Below the pieces are notes generated by a model, which saw only the letters and a program-made list of their open reading frames with translations, was not told the DNA's origin and did not search any database. DNA of 63,982 nt, filler included, from Globobulimina sp. (taxonomy: Eukaryota): assembly GCA_003354225.1 (NCBI GenBank). It is 32 parts of 32 records of this genome, joined end to end, with 100 filler letters (N's around TTAATTAATTAA, not from the genome) between each part and the next. Parts side by side here need not be neighbours in the genome. Positions count along the whole stretch, not along the records: positions 22,039 to 23,941 come from PIVH01010740.1; positions 24,042 to 25,944 come from PIVH01010741.1; positions 26,045 to 27,947 come from PIVH01010742.1; positions 28,048 to 29,950 come from PIVH01010743.1; positions 30,051 to 31,953 come from PIVH01010744.1; positions 32,054 to 33,955 come from PIVH01010745.1; positions 34,056 to 35,957 come from PIVH01010746.1; 25 more parts are not named here. One strand, 5' to 3'. Numbering within the stretch: position 1 is the first letter of the stretch; every line of letters begins with the position of its first letter. Shown here piece by piece: positions 22,061-34,821 of this stretch. The translations under genes were made by a program, and so were the position numbers.

Positions 22061-23941
22061 ATGGAAGATGAGCCAGTCAGTAATAAAGAAAACAAAAACA
22101 AAAAGAAATCCAATAAAACCCCCCGAGCTCGAAAACGAAAAAAATCAGCGGATGCGGATGAAAGCAGCCCAGCAACAAAAAAACGCAAAATTGATGATCC
22201 AACACAAAAATTAAAAATTAAAATCGGTTCGGATTCATTTCAATTCGCTGTCACAAAATTACAAAAAATACCATTCTTTAAAAATAAAATCATTGCCGAT
22301 GATGATAACGATGCTTTATTTAAATTCAAATCGCCCCGAAATGGCACATTTACATCGGATAGTTATAAATTAACTGATTTTAAGCATATGTTAACATTTA
22401 TGGACGATGACGCATTGGATCATATTGATGCTGTCAAAGAATTGGAAACATTGATATATTGCTGTGAGAAATTTAAAATTAAATTAGATTTCAATGAGGT
22501 GCAAGATTGCTACAATGAATGTGATGACGATGACGAAATATATAAGAAATGGAAGAATGCCCCGCCTAAAATGCTAAAAGATTTGTATAAAATAATAAAA
22601 ACGGACAATGAAGAAAAAGAAAATGAGAACGATGATAATGATAATGAACCAACGACAAAACGACCCGCTGCAGACGGACCAGACCAAGGTATGATACATT
22701 TCCATAAAAAACATATATTTCTGTTTGAAACTGCAAAAACCACAAATTTAGCTGAGAAGAAATCGAAAAGCAAATCGAAGAGAGTGAGCAACCGCGTTTT
22801 GGAACAATTGAAGAACATCCCGCAATATTTACGACTGTCCGATGACGAAAACGATAATTCTCACAATAAAAATAAAAACGTGGAGAAATCAAAGAGAATA
22901 CAACACCAAGGAAGGGATTTGATGACCCAACCGGACGAAGATGGCGATGCTATGATGAGTTCCTCCGACAACACGGACAATGATGATATTAATGAGAAAG
23001 ATATCAAAAAATTGCATCAGATTAATCTCCAACAAATATCGCAATTAAGTCCACAAACCATCCACCGATTATGTACCAGTCACAAAATCAATATCCATAA
23101 AGCATTGAGCAAAGCCGATGAGAAAAGGAAGAAAGACTTGGAAGCGAAGAATAAGAGATTTCAAAAGAAATTCATCGAAGACAAGCGATTGGTGAAAAGG
23201 TTGAAAGCATTGAAGAAAACCATGGAGAAAGAGAGCAAGATCAAGAGTTTAAAGCATGTGCATTTGGACGATATTGGCGATTTGCAGCGAGAGACTCTCA
23301 TCAGACTCTGTAAAGTGCATCGGATCAAAGCCAACCAAAAACTGCAAGCTCTAATCGAGGCGTTGGAGCACAGAAAGGAGCATCCCGTGGATGAGGATGA
23401 CTTTATTCGCAGTCTGAAAGATGTCGACATCGACGATATTAATGATTTGGATCGAGCTGTTTTACTGAGGTACACTCACAGACTGCACATTATATTTTCA
23501 GTTTGTGTTTTTTTCGTGTGTGTATAGGTTATGTAAAGCGCATAATATCGACACCACAAAAAAGAAGAAAAAGAAGAGGAGAAAGCGCAAAAAGAAGGGA
23601 GATGACAGTGATTCGGAGGGAGATGACTCGGACTATGACCATATCGATTTGAATGATGAGGAATTAATCGCATTATTGGAAAAAACGAAGCAAGCCATGA
23701 ACGAGAAAAAGCAGCAAAGACAGAAAAATAAGATCGAGAAACTGACGCAGGCGCAACAGGACATTGTCAACATCGGTTTCCGCGAGAATTACCTCACCAT
23801 CTCCGGCTCGAATGTATTCAAAGAGGACGCGTTGGGATTGGTGGCGTTGTGCAACAACATCACCATCAAGAAAGGCAACAATTACTCGGCCATCGAGGAC
23901 GAACTGCATCCGTACAAAGTGTGCATCTCTGAGTCGGGCGC
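22061..23941 (+). CDS. Putative nuclear protein: basic NLS, BTB-like domain and three SAP/HeH-like repeats (3' truncated)
   Basis: PATKKRK; IKIGSDSF..LQKIPFF..FKHMLTF..LIYCCEKF; repeats LSPQTIHRLCTSHKI / LQRETLIRLCKVHRIKAN..LIEAL / LDRAVLLRLCKAHNI; intron 23470-23527. Confidence 0.55.
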
Positions 23942-24041
23942 NNNNNNNNNNNNNNNNNNNNNNNNNNNNNNNNNNNNNNNNNNNNTTAATTAATTAANNN
24001 NNNNNNNNNNNNNNNNNNNNNNNNNNNNNNNNNNNNNNNNN

Positions 24042-25685
24042 ATCCCAACTTCTTCAAATGTAAAATCAACTTCAACGGATTTAAATAATGACTTGGGCAT
24101 CATATACATGTCAAGAAGCTACATTTGATTGGCCTATAAACAATCAATACACACTGACCTGCAGTGGTGGTAGATCATGCTATGGAATTACCATCGATGC
24201 ACCTGACAACAATCAAGAATTTAATTTTAATTGCACTGGCGGTGAAGGTACCTGTTTTGATTCAACTATTAACTGTCCTGACAATGCAAACTGTAATATA
24301 TTATGTGTTGGTCCCTATGCATGTCATTCCGTTATCGTCAACTGTCCATTATCAGTAACTTCGCAATGCAACATTGTCTGTGATGGATTGGAAGCGTGTC
24401 AAAACACAAAATTCTTCAGAAACGGTATTGTATCATGTTCAGGTGATCGAGCATGCGTCAATAGCAAATTTCCAATACCTCCACCTGATGAAGACTTAGC
24501 TATCAATTGTTTACAACCAGAATCATGTTATAATGCAAATATCACATGTCCAGCAAACGCAAATTGTGAAATTACATGCAATGGATATAATTCATGCAGT
24601 GATGCGAAAATAACATGGCCCACAGGTAGTGATTCTGTCACATCCGTTACATGCGACTCTGAGACTGCATGCAGCAATGTACCTGACCCACCATCTGGGC
24701 CAAAAATAATAAGTGTAATTAGCACTACACCAACACCCTCTAAAATTAAAGTAATCACTACATCTGCTACAAGTTTTGTGATGTGTTATAACGGAAAAGT
24801 TTGAGAAACGTTTTTAATTTAATTGTTTTTACTACAGATCTGTACGGTGTGTCGATATCGTTATCATTTAATTACACAGCAAATATAACATCATCAGCAG
24901 ATATTGATGACATAATATCGGTAATAATGGAAAACATCATTGAACAAGGCATAATTAATAAAATTATAGCAAATGGATGTGGTAATTATAAAATAAATGT
25001 CGATGTGCAACATTTAGATAATTCTGGCACTGCAAGTATTAATGCAACAGTTCCGTTGTGCAATCAAGAAGATGTGGATAAACTTATTAATTATTTTAAA
25101 TCGGAATTAGAATCTGATCTAATTGAGGACATAGCGGCGGATACAGAGATACGATTGATTGCCATTCATGATGTTAAAATTGATGAATTTGAGCCAGACG
25201 TAATTGCATCGTCTACACCATATATACTATCAACAGAGCATAATAATTCTGAAGCGTCCAATAATTCGGAATTCCTGCCAATTATATTAATGTGGGTTAT
25301 TATCGTATGTTTATTGGTTATTATAATTTGCTTATTATTATCATATTGTTTCTTATATAAAAAAGAGAGGAGTGGTTGTAAAGAAAATGTTATTTGTATA
25401 CAAGAATTGCAGGAAGCAAATGATAAACGAGATATAGTTAAAAAACAAGGAGAAAATGATATTATTGCAAGTGGTGATGATTGTTCTGTACAGGACGAAG
25501 AAGAAGGAATTATTACAAATAAACAATTGCGACAAGATCTGATAACACCGATCGTTGATGATGACGATGACATGTATTTAAATACAGGACATGTTACACC
25601 AAATATGGTACAGAAACTTGATACGCCGGGACAAAAACATCAAGATAATATTGTGCATTATTTAACATCAATTGGTGATGTATGA
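24042..25685 (+). CDS. Cys-rich repeat type I membrane (surface) protein, 5' truncated, one intron near 24773-24837
   Basis: Repeated C-x-G-x2-(S/A)C-x4-I-x-CP units, S/T linker, single TM (IILMWVIIVCLLVIIICLLL), acidic tail. Confidence 0.8.
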
Positions 25686-26044
25686 TCGTGTTTATATTAC
25701 TTCCCATACAACAATGTTTTTGTATTTTAAATAAATTAATTAACATTAGACTAGTTCGATCAACAGAGTGAACAGACAACTTTCCTTTTAATATTTACCG
25801 CTCGAACATGCCTTCGTTTAATGTGGGTGCAGGAAGCTACGAATATTTTTTATTCTTTGATGATATTAACTACACAGAACATTTAGATTCATATTTGCGA
25901 GAAAAACGATCAATACCGAAATTTCTTCAATATGTTTGGTTCGCNNNNNNNNNNNNNNNNNNNNNNNNNNNNNNNNNNNNNNNNNNNNTTAATTAATTAA
26001 NNNNNNNNNNNNNNNNNNNNNNNNNNNNNNNNNNNNNNNNNNNN

Positions 26045-27855
26045 TGTATGACCTCAAAAGAGCGTCGCGTAGCACACCATCGCCGATTCTCACATGTTAT
26101 GAAATATACACTCATTGATTGGTCGCTTGGTTTCATTAACGACCTGAAAAAAGCGGCCAAATCTGAACGAAATAAACGCGTCGTACCCATTGGATTCGGC
26201 AGTAATGTGAGGTATGGAAATATATATAATACCATGTCGCCATGCAAAATGTGTCATGTTTTTGCTGAAAATGTACAGATTTATCTACATTCCGAATGAC
26301 TTAACCAATCTGAAACAAATGCAAAAATTATTGACCACCTCGTTTAAGTCATGCAAGTATAAAATCTTATTGTTTGACTATGGCGGCACCTTAACAGATA
26401 TGGATGAGATGCATGGCCAACAAGACGATGATGAGAAGAAATCAAATAAAGCCGATTCGTATAAAAAAAATGATAAAGTGGATTCCTATCGCGATTTATT
26501 AGGCATTGCCAAAGATTTACAGACCATTTCCCCCAAAATATTACGCAATTTACAGCGAATATCCTCCTCTCCCAACACCATCGTGGCCATTGTCAGCGGA
26601 CAGACTCGCAATAATTTAGAAAAAGCATTTGCTTCATGTCCAGGATTATTAATCTGCGCAGAAAAGGGCGCATTCTTTCGATTCCCCGGACGGTCCGATT
26701 GGGTGAAAAATGAGAACCTGCCGTCCAACGATAATGATACCAAAATATGGCAAAATATCGTTCATGACGTATTAAAGACATATACCGAACGGACCAACGG
26801 CTCATACATTCAAAAAAAGTCCACTGCCCTGGTCTGGCACTATGAAAATGCCGATCCTTATTACGGGGATATGCAAGCTACGGAAGGTATAACTATTTGC
26901 TTCTGTTGCCATTGAAAGATGTGTAAAAACGTTTGTTTTTGCTCCTATTTACACAGTCGAGAGATATTTGAGACGTATCATCGAGAAACATCACAATTTA
27001 CTGGTTCAACGCTACGATCATTGCCGTGCGTTGGAGGTGCTGCCAAAGGAAATCCATAAAGGCTCTGCCTCGTTGAAGGTCATTGACGAAATGATGAAGA
27101 AAATCGATTACAATGGCGACGATTCTACGGGCAATGACATATTTATTCTGGCGGTGGGCAATGACCGCAGTGACGAGAAGATGTTCGAAGCGGTGGAGTT
27201 GGTGAGCAAGGAAATCAACACCGAGTACGGCTTCACTGTGCGCATAGGAATGGTGCCGACGCAGGCGAGGTTTTACCTGACTGACCAAAATCAAATGGTG
27301 TGGCTGTTGAATACATTGAGTTCCATCACATTGCAGATGCAGAATGCCAATGAAATGGGCAACAATCACTTCTTTAAACCGTTACAAAGGCCCCGCAATT
27401 CGATGCCTTCTGCGTCGTTTGATTTGTCTGATATGACAATTGCGAAACCCAATGGGTTTCGGGCCCGACGCAGTCATTCCTATGGCAGTGGGCTGTCGTC
27501 CATGGCCGCTGCGGCGGGGAATGGATTTGAAGAGTTGCAGATTGAGAGGAGTGTGGATGACATACCAATACCGCCCACAGCGCCCGATAAACCTATTGGT
27601 TTGACACAGTTTATTAAGAGTAATATACATAGCAATGGCAATATTCATAATAGCAATAATCTGCATTTTGATGTGGCGCAGCCGGATTACAGTGGCAGTT
27701 TTTTTGATAATATTGCGGTGCGCGCACATTCATACACTTCATTGTCGCGGTTGGCCAAATTGTCAGAGTTGAATGAGCCGCTAAGTACTGACGGCTCGAC
27801 GTCGGAGAGGAAAAATAATCATAAAGCACCAGTGCGTAAAAAAAGAACTTTTTAA
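26045..27855 (+). CDS. Trehalose-6-phosphate synthase/phosphatase, C-terminal HAD (TPP) region
   Basis: LFDYGGTL, IVSG, AEKG, YTERTNGSYIQKKSTALVWHYENADP, LEVLP..IHKG, AVGNDRSDEKMF; introns 26212-26278 and 26887-26956. Confidence 0.9.
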
Positions 27856-28462
27856 TTTGTGTTTGTTTTTTTTTCATTTTTGATATATTTTTAGGTGTCG
27901 TGTTTTTGTTTAATTTTATAATCGCAATGTATTCTTGTTTTTTCATANNNNNNNNNNNNNNNNNNNNNNNNNNNNNNNNNNNNNNNNNNNNTTAATTAAT
28001 TAANNNNNNNNNNNNNNNNNNNNNNNNNNNNNNNNNNNNNNNNNNNNTAAATTCTACGAAGAGCTATAACAATTGCTGACGCATCAAAACTTGTTTTTTA
28101 CTTTGTTAGGTTTTCGAAAACTTGGTTACAACGGGTTACAACTTACAAGCTAGTGTTAAAAAGCTTTTCTAAGGAAACAAGCAAGATCGCCCATTATCAC
28201 ACAAAAATATGATACATATTATCTAACATCATCAGTAAAACAATATATAATAAAAAAAATAATTTATTCATCACAAAAAACAAACAAAGTCAAATGTAAT
28301 CGGATTTTTAGCATGTAAAATACATGCTGCTCACGTGATGCTGCTTTGATTGGATTATACCATATCATAATAACACCATGCCATCCCATATTCATCATGT
28401 CATAGAATTATATCCTTTTAATGATTGCATATTTACTGCACGGCCGTGAAAACATTTTTATC

Positions 28463-29950
28463 ATGGCTTCACTTAGTTCACTAGCTACTTATTTGTTACT
28501 ATGTAGCATTTGGGTACAATACATTTTGTCCCAAAATTCAACCTCACCATTAGAAGAATATGTATTTGCAACCGACTCATTATATTCTTGGACAGATTTA
28601 CAGCATACATTTGAGGGTGCTACCAATCATGGCCTATATTCTGCTCATGTTATTAATATGACTTCCGGCTCATTTCTCAATAAATCCATTTTAAATCATG
28701 TGATATGGTGGCATTATATAGTTGTCATAATTCCAAATCCAAGATCTGGCCCACCAGCTTCAATTGAAAAGGCATTTTATTGGACAGCTTGTGCTGATGC
28801 AGGATCCAATACACATTCAGAAAACTTACCAAACGCATTAGATGCAGATGTCTTAATTGCTGCAGAGATTGCAACTCAGTCAAATCTAATATCATTTGTA
28901 ATTTATACCAACCCAAACCAGCCAATCGTTTGGGCAAATGATCCGACACAAAAAGGTCGTAGTAACGATGCATTGTTAGCATACAGTCTCAACCAATCAA
29001 TGTTTTATGGATATCCACCATTATTCTTCCCAATGGTTCGTGCCAACGTCCGTGCTTTGGATGCATTGCAGGATTTTACTACTAAGCGATTCCAATGGAA
29101 TTTAAAACAATTTTCAAGTATATACATATAACAACAGATATATATATATATATATATAAATATTTTGCTGTATATAGCTGGAGGAGCGTCAAAATGGGGA
29201 TGGCTGACTTGGTTATTTGCAGCCGTGGATAGCAGAGTGGTCTCATTTGTGCCGGTTGTATTTGATATGCTAAATTGGAATCGCAACGCTCATCATCAAT
29301 ATAAATCCTATGGTGGTTGGACCTGGGCATTCGAAGGTACATTCTATTATTTTGTGCTCAAATTGTGTTAACTACATTGGATATGACGTACAGATTATTG
29401 GCAACAAGGCTTAACAGCTTATTTAGACACGGAAATGGAACAGAATTTATTCCTTACAATTGATCCGTATCAATTCCGTGCTAATTATGAAGGTAAACCA
29501 AAGATAGTGTTACATAATGGGAGAGATGAATTTTTTATGCCCGATGACACATGGTTTTGGTGGTCTGATATGACGTCGCCAAAATGGACGTTATTAGTGC
29601 CGAATACTGAACATGCCGGTATTACAGGTTTAGGTGAAACAATACCTGCCATAGCAACGTGGGTATATGCCACATTGATGTTGGATTATGATAAGGTAAC
29701 AATTTGTTTCTTAGCCTTGACATTATAACATTTTGTAATATCAAAAACGCAGTTTATATCAACCAACTTTGCTATTACAAAACGAGAAAGTCAATGTTGA
29801 GAAACACTTTTTGTGGAAGGTGATACCGAAAATAAATTGGACATTACATCATGATACATATGGTATAACTGCACAGACGAATATGTTGCCGATATCAGCA
29901 AAGGTTTGGTATACTGAATCGTGTCGAAAATGTAATAATCGGAGAGATTT
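28463..29950 (+). CDS. Secreted PqaA/AprA-family protein (PhoPQ-activated pathogenicity-related / autocrine proliferation repressor-like), multi-exon
   Basis: Signal peptide; LEEYV..D..YSW, WWHYIVVIIP, PNQP, FPMVRA, GASKWGW.TW, IDPY, DEFFMPD, VPNTEH; introns about 29118-29177, 29338-29393, 29696-29752. Confidence 0.85.
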
Positions 29951-30661
29951 NNNNNNNNNNNNNNNNNNNNNNNNNNNNNNNNNNNNNNNNNNNNTTAATT
30001 AATTAANNNNNNNNNNNNNNNNNNNNNNNNNNNNNNNNNNNNNNNNNNNNAGCATAGCTTCGGAAACATTAATAAAACAAGGTGTAGATTATGCAATATT
30101 AAATTTTAATCCATTGAATCGTAGTGCTTATTCAGTAACTGACCATTATGGCTTATATTCCATTCACTCAACAAACACAAAGCCGTTGTTAGCTGATAAT
30201 ATTGAGTTTAATAACCGTAGGGATAGGAAGTTTAAAATCCATATCAGGCGCTTTAATTATCACAAACCTATTAAAATTAGTCAATATATTGCCACTGTTG
30301 AATATAGTTTGCCACTCTTACAAGAATACATCCATTTATTGCATTCGCGACCTGTTGCAGAATAATATTTATCCAAAACACGATAAGGTGACACCGCACA
30401 ATATCCCAAACCCGAGGTTACACAACACAGTGCAATTTTTTTCAAAAAAAATGCAGTTTAAAAAGTGATTTTAATATGGTGATAATTTCACGAATATTGA
30501 CTTGATTTCAAAAAAAAAAACACTCCCAATCTTGTTTTTCCTTGTCCAGTCCGAATATCTACTTTAAAAATCCATTTGCGAAAAAAAAATAATTTCGATG
30601 GATCCTGAGATGCCAAATGGATCCCAGCTCAAAAACTTTTTTAATCTTTTTATTTTAAAGA

Positions 30662-31720
30662 ATGTCGACAGTCATGGACCAGATATGTGACGAGATGTGG
30701 GATATCGTGGGCCAGTCGGTAGTGAGTAGCAATTTTAAAAAAAGAATGACTGGTTATGACATAATAACCATCAAAATCCCAAGACAATGCCTCACAGAAT
30801 TCACCAAAAGAATATTATCAACAACAGAAATGAAAGAATGTAGCAAAATGGATAAAAGCTACCAATGGTATTATTTGACGACATCAGAAATTATGGAATT
30901 ATTCAAACACTCGAAATTGATCAAAGTAAACAACAATAAAATGGCAAAGCCATTGGCCCAATGGCTCGATGATAAAGAATCAGAATCTATCGGTAAAGCA
31001 TTATGTGAATTAAATAATAAATATATCGATATTGCATTGAATAAAATTGAAAATCTTATTATCAAATCATTAATAAATAAAATGGACGGAAATTACAATT
31101 ATTACACAAATAACACAGCAAATTCCATCGTAAATGATATATTGCATCAATATAAAAAAATTAGTAATGATATTTACTATATAAATGATATGCTAATTGG
31201 CATACCGCAGCAAGGAGTTTTAATGCGATTAAATATGAGTTGCAATTCCGTTGACATGGCAACGGGACAAATTAATGGTGATTCATGTTTATTGGATGCA
31301 AAATGGGGATTGGAGGACGATGAAATCGCGAAAGAGTTAGCAGGTCATAGTAAATTTGATGTTGATTGGCATACAGAATTAATTCAAAGATGTAAAGCAA
31401 ATAAAATTGGATTTAAAGCAAAAGAAAAGAAAATATATAAAATGTCAAAATTGTGCCAGAAATTATTGACATGTGAAATTGCAGACAAATTCGATAAAAA
31501 TATACCGAATATATTTAAATATTTATTACACAAATCACGGGCAAAGAGGACATTGGCAAATGCAAAAAAATCAACATTGGCAATTAAAACATATTGTAAT
31601 ATCTGCGGAAAACTGAAATTCCCACAGTCAAATGACAATCTTTGGCTTCATTGTAAAAAACACGGACATGCACATAGTTCGTGTTCTAGTTATGGTTCTT
31701 TGTGTTGCCCACATTGTTAA
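30662..31720 (+). CDS. Intronless hypothetical protein with C-terminal PHD-like zinc finger
   Basis: YCNIC...WLHC..H..AHSSC......CPHC at the extreme C-terminus. Confidence 0.65.
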   Translation: MSTVMDQICDEMWDIVGQSVVSSNFKKRMTGYDIITIKIPRQCLTEFTKRILSTTEMKECSKMDKSYQWYYLTTSEIMELFKHSKLIKVNNNKMAKPLAQWLDDKESESIGKALCELNNKYIDIALNKIENLIIKSLINKMDGNYNYYTNNTANSIVNDILHQYKKISNDIYYINDMLIGIPQQGVLMRLNMSCNSVDMATGQINGDSCLLDAKWGLEDDEIAKELAGHSKFDVDWHTELIQRCKANKIGFKAKEKKIYKMSKLCQKLLTCEIADKFDKNIPNIFKYLLHKSRAKRTLANAKKSTLAIKTYCNICGKLKFPQSNDNLWLHCKKHGHAHSSCSSYGSLCCPHC

Positions 31721-32053
31721 TTAATTAATTTATTTAAACTCTGCGAAACTTCGATTGAGTCTGAGGTTGCTTGACATGTTTAAAAATTCGAGCTTTCCCA
31801 AATCTTGAGATCTTTTTCTTTCTTTGTGCTTTCAGTAATCTTTTTTGAGAGCCGTAGGTTTCCATAATTTCCTGCTTGGCTTGGCTTGCTGTTGGTCCTT
31901 GGCACCAACTCGGAGTCTGGTTCCAGCTACTAACCGAACTTGCTTTTCCAGCANNNNNNNNNNNNNNNNNNNNNNNNNNNNNNNNNNNNNNNNNNNNTTA
32001 ATTAATTAANNNNNNNNNNNNNNNNNNNNNNNNNNNNNNNNNNNNNNNNNNNN

Positions 32054-33955
32054 TTGATTTTGGTTTAATGTGTATTGTGATAATAAATAATTTGATAATG
32101 ATGTCTGTACTGAAGATATTAATTTGCTTCTTTTGCCGCCCTCTTCTTGCTGTTGCACAATTTCTTTATAAATAATATTATTCAAATTCTCATTTAAGAC
32201 ATTTACAATATGCTTATCACTCAAACATAGCAAGGTTTGCGTGGCACCAATATTCCGCATCATATATTTAATGACAATCTCGAGATTCAATCGGTTGTTG
32301 GCTTGATTTTGGTTTTTGTAAACAAATGACAGTGCTAACAATAAATTCTTCCAATATTTATTTTGCGACAAATCGCATAACAAATTTAAAATTGGCTGCG
32401 CATAATCCAGATAGACACATAATAATATCAAGGATTCAATATCTTGAAAATGATGGTAAACTTTGTATAAACCCTTCCAAAATCCATATTCTTTGAATAC
32501 AATCTCCAAATACGACCATTCAATGTAATACGAGCGGTCATTCATGATTGAGATGATATATTTGGTCAAACCATCCGAGTATTTATTCTCCGAATGGATT
32601 AATGCTATTTTATCCTTTGCATATTGTGTAGCCACATTATAGCCGCATGGTACCGGCCAATCTTCCTTTTCCTTTTCCTTTTCATCCACAGCGGCGAACA
32701 ATACCTTATTTGCGGGCGCATTCAATGACAATGTCAATGTAATTAAATCTAAAACAAGCAAACCATTGCACCGCGTCCTCACATGTATAGAAAATAATAA
32801 CTTCAAATATTTCAAATAAGATTTGAAGATATTATTCCATTCATCCGCTGCTACATTCAACTGCAACGACTGGTTATCCATCGCATAGCGATACATATAT
32901 TTCCTGATAAACCACGGCGAACAATGTGGAAAATACGCGACCGCGATGGTATAACATAAATGCGAGTATCCCTTCTCGCATAATAGCGGCAAATACTGCA
33001 GCACCAACAAAGGCGATCGATAGCGATCGATTAATTTGATTAACTCGACATAATTCTGCATCAAATACGCTTTCTCCATCTCGACCCTATTAAAACAGGC
33101 ATGATTCTGTTCATATTGAAGTGTGGCTAATTGTCGCAAAGTGGCATATAATTTATGCGTATTACATAATTTCAACACCCACTCAAAATCTAAAATCAAT
33201 AGGAACTTTTTCAAGATCTCAAAAACACCGCTTTCGCACTCCCGACCAATATCTATTTTCACCGAGATAAACACGCATAACATCCTCGTCAACACCGTCG
33301 ATAACCTCTCGCCGATTTTATTCGTCCATTTGTAAAACAAATCGGACAATAAATTGATTTGTCCTTCGTACTCACCCAACAAATAACTCATTTTATTCAT
33401 CAATGCTCGACAATTTCTATAATTGATATTGGATAATCCCACCGCCGCAAAACCAGCCTCTTTCACATTCTCCTCATTATTCTCATTACTATGCTCTTCA
33501 TACAATTCTTCCAATTCCTTCCTCATTCTCCTACGTAGCATGCTGTCGCATTTCGCAGTCTCCTGCAACAATTTGTGGATCTTTGTGATATTTACGTTAT
33601 GTTTGTCCTTCTCACTAATATCGGCACCGCCGCTGACAACCTCCTGTTTGATATCGACCAACATCCCATTATCGTCATAGATCACTTCATGTGGCGTAAT
33701 ATCAGGATCCAACGCCAATATACTGCCGGTTCCGGGCGCTGCGGTGTGACTCATTATATTCGCATTCATCTCGCAAATATTCTCATTCGTATCACCCATA
33801 GCCACCGCATGCACATTCTCCTCCTTCTTCTTCTTCATTTGCGATGCTTCCATTTTTGGCGCCGGATCGATAGTGGCAAACTCTGCTTTTTTCTTTTTTT
33901 TGCTTTTCTTTTTCTTCTTTTTCTTGTCTTTATGCCGCTTCTTTAGCGGTTCGTC
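32054..33955 (-). CDS. HPS5 (BLOC-2 subunit)-like helical C-terminal region
   Basis: YGFWKG..., LCVYLD, WKNLL, NLEIV..MMRNIG...L, RSKLISSV...NYLLSQ follow the order of HPS5 C-terminal motifs as I recall them. Confidence 0.5.
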
Positions 33956-34429
33956 NNNNNNNNNNNNNNNNNNNNNNNNNNNNNNNNNNNNNNNNNNNNT
34001 TAATTAATTAANNNNNNNNNNNNNNNNNNNNNNNNNNNNNNNNNNNNNNNNNNNNAGTCAATGCTAATGTAGAAATGTCAATGCTTGGAAGTTATGCATA
34101 TTATGATTGGAAGAGCGAGTCCGGAGATATAATCCGAGTTCGATTGGATTGTAATTTTTGGACAGTTTGTTTTTTGGAGAAATGGTGAATTTGTGTTCGA
34201 GGCAGAATTGAAAGACAAAAATAAAATCTATTAACGACGTATCAGTCTGGATATAACGATTTTAAATTGCTTTGAGTATCAAAACGCAAACTATATCTAT
34301 TTATTTGTAACCAAATGTCATATGTATTTTTTTCGAGCTGTTTGATAAAACGTAGTAGGTTGTTTCAACTTTAATCGGTATCAAAACATGAAACTGTTCT
34401 TACTACAGCAAAAAATGGAACTGAAACCC

Positions 34430-34590
34430 AGTATATTTCCAGTTTCCATTGCTTTTCTACATTTTTTTTATTTCGTTTCTCCTCTTTTTCAATTTTTTTT
34501 TGATTCGCGGATTAATGATTTTGCTGCGAATTTTATAGTGAATACCTGCTTTTTTGCAGATGCTGTTGGATCATTGCCAAACAAAGACAT
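34430..34590 (-). pseudogene. CHMP1: CHMP1/Did2 (ESCRT-III) N-terminal fragment with two homopolymer frameshifts
   Basis: MSLFGNDPTASAKKQVFTIKFAAKSLIRESKK / EKEEKRNKK / CRKAMETGNI; homology stops afterwards. Confidence 0.65.
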
Positions 34591-34821
34591 TTTATAGCTT
34601 GAATTAAATTGACAAAGTAAAGATTGTTGAAGTAAATTGCTGTCTGACACCATGACACAGTCAAATTCGACAGAAGGGAAAGAATGCGACAACTATGCAG
34701 ATGATCCAATGGAAATATTTGTAATGAAAATATGCAGGGTCTTGACCCCACTAGGTTAGTTTGAAAAGAAATTGTTTGGTTAAATCGGATCCGAATATCC
34801 GAGTTATTTTACTGTATTATA

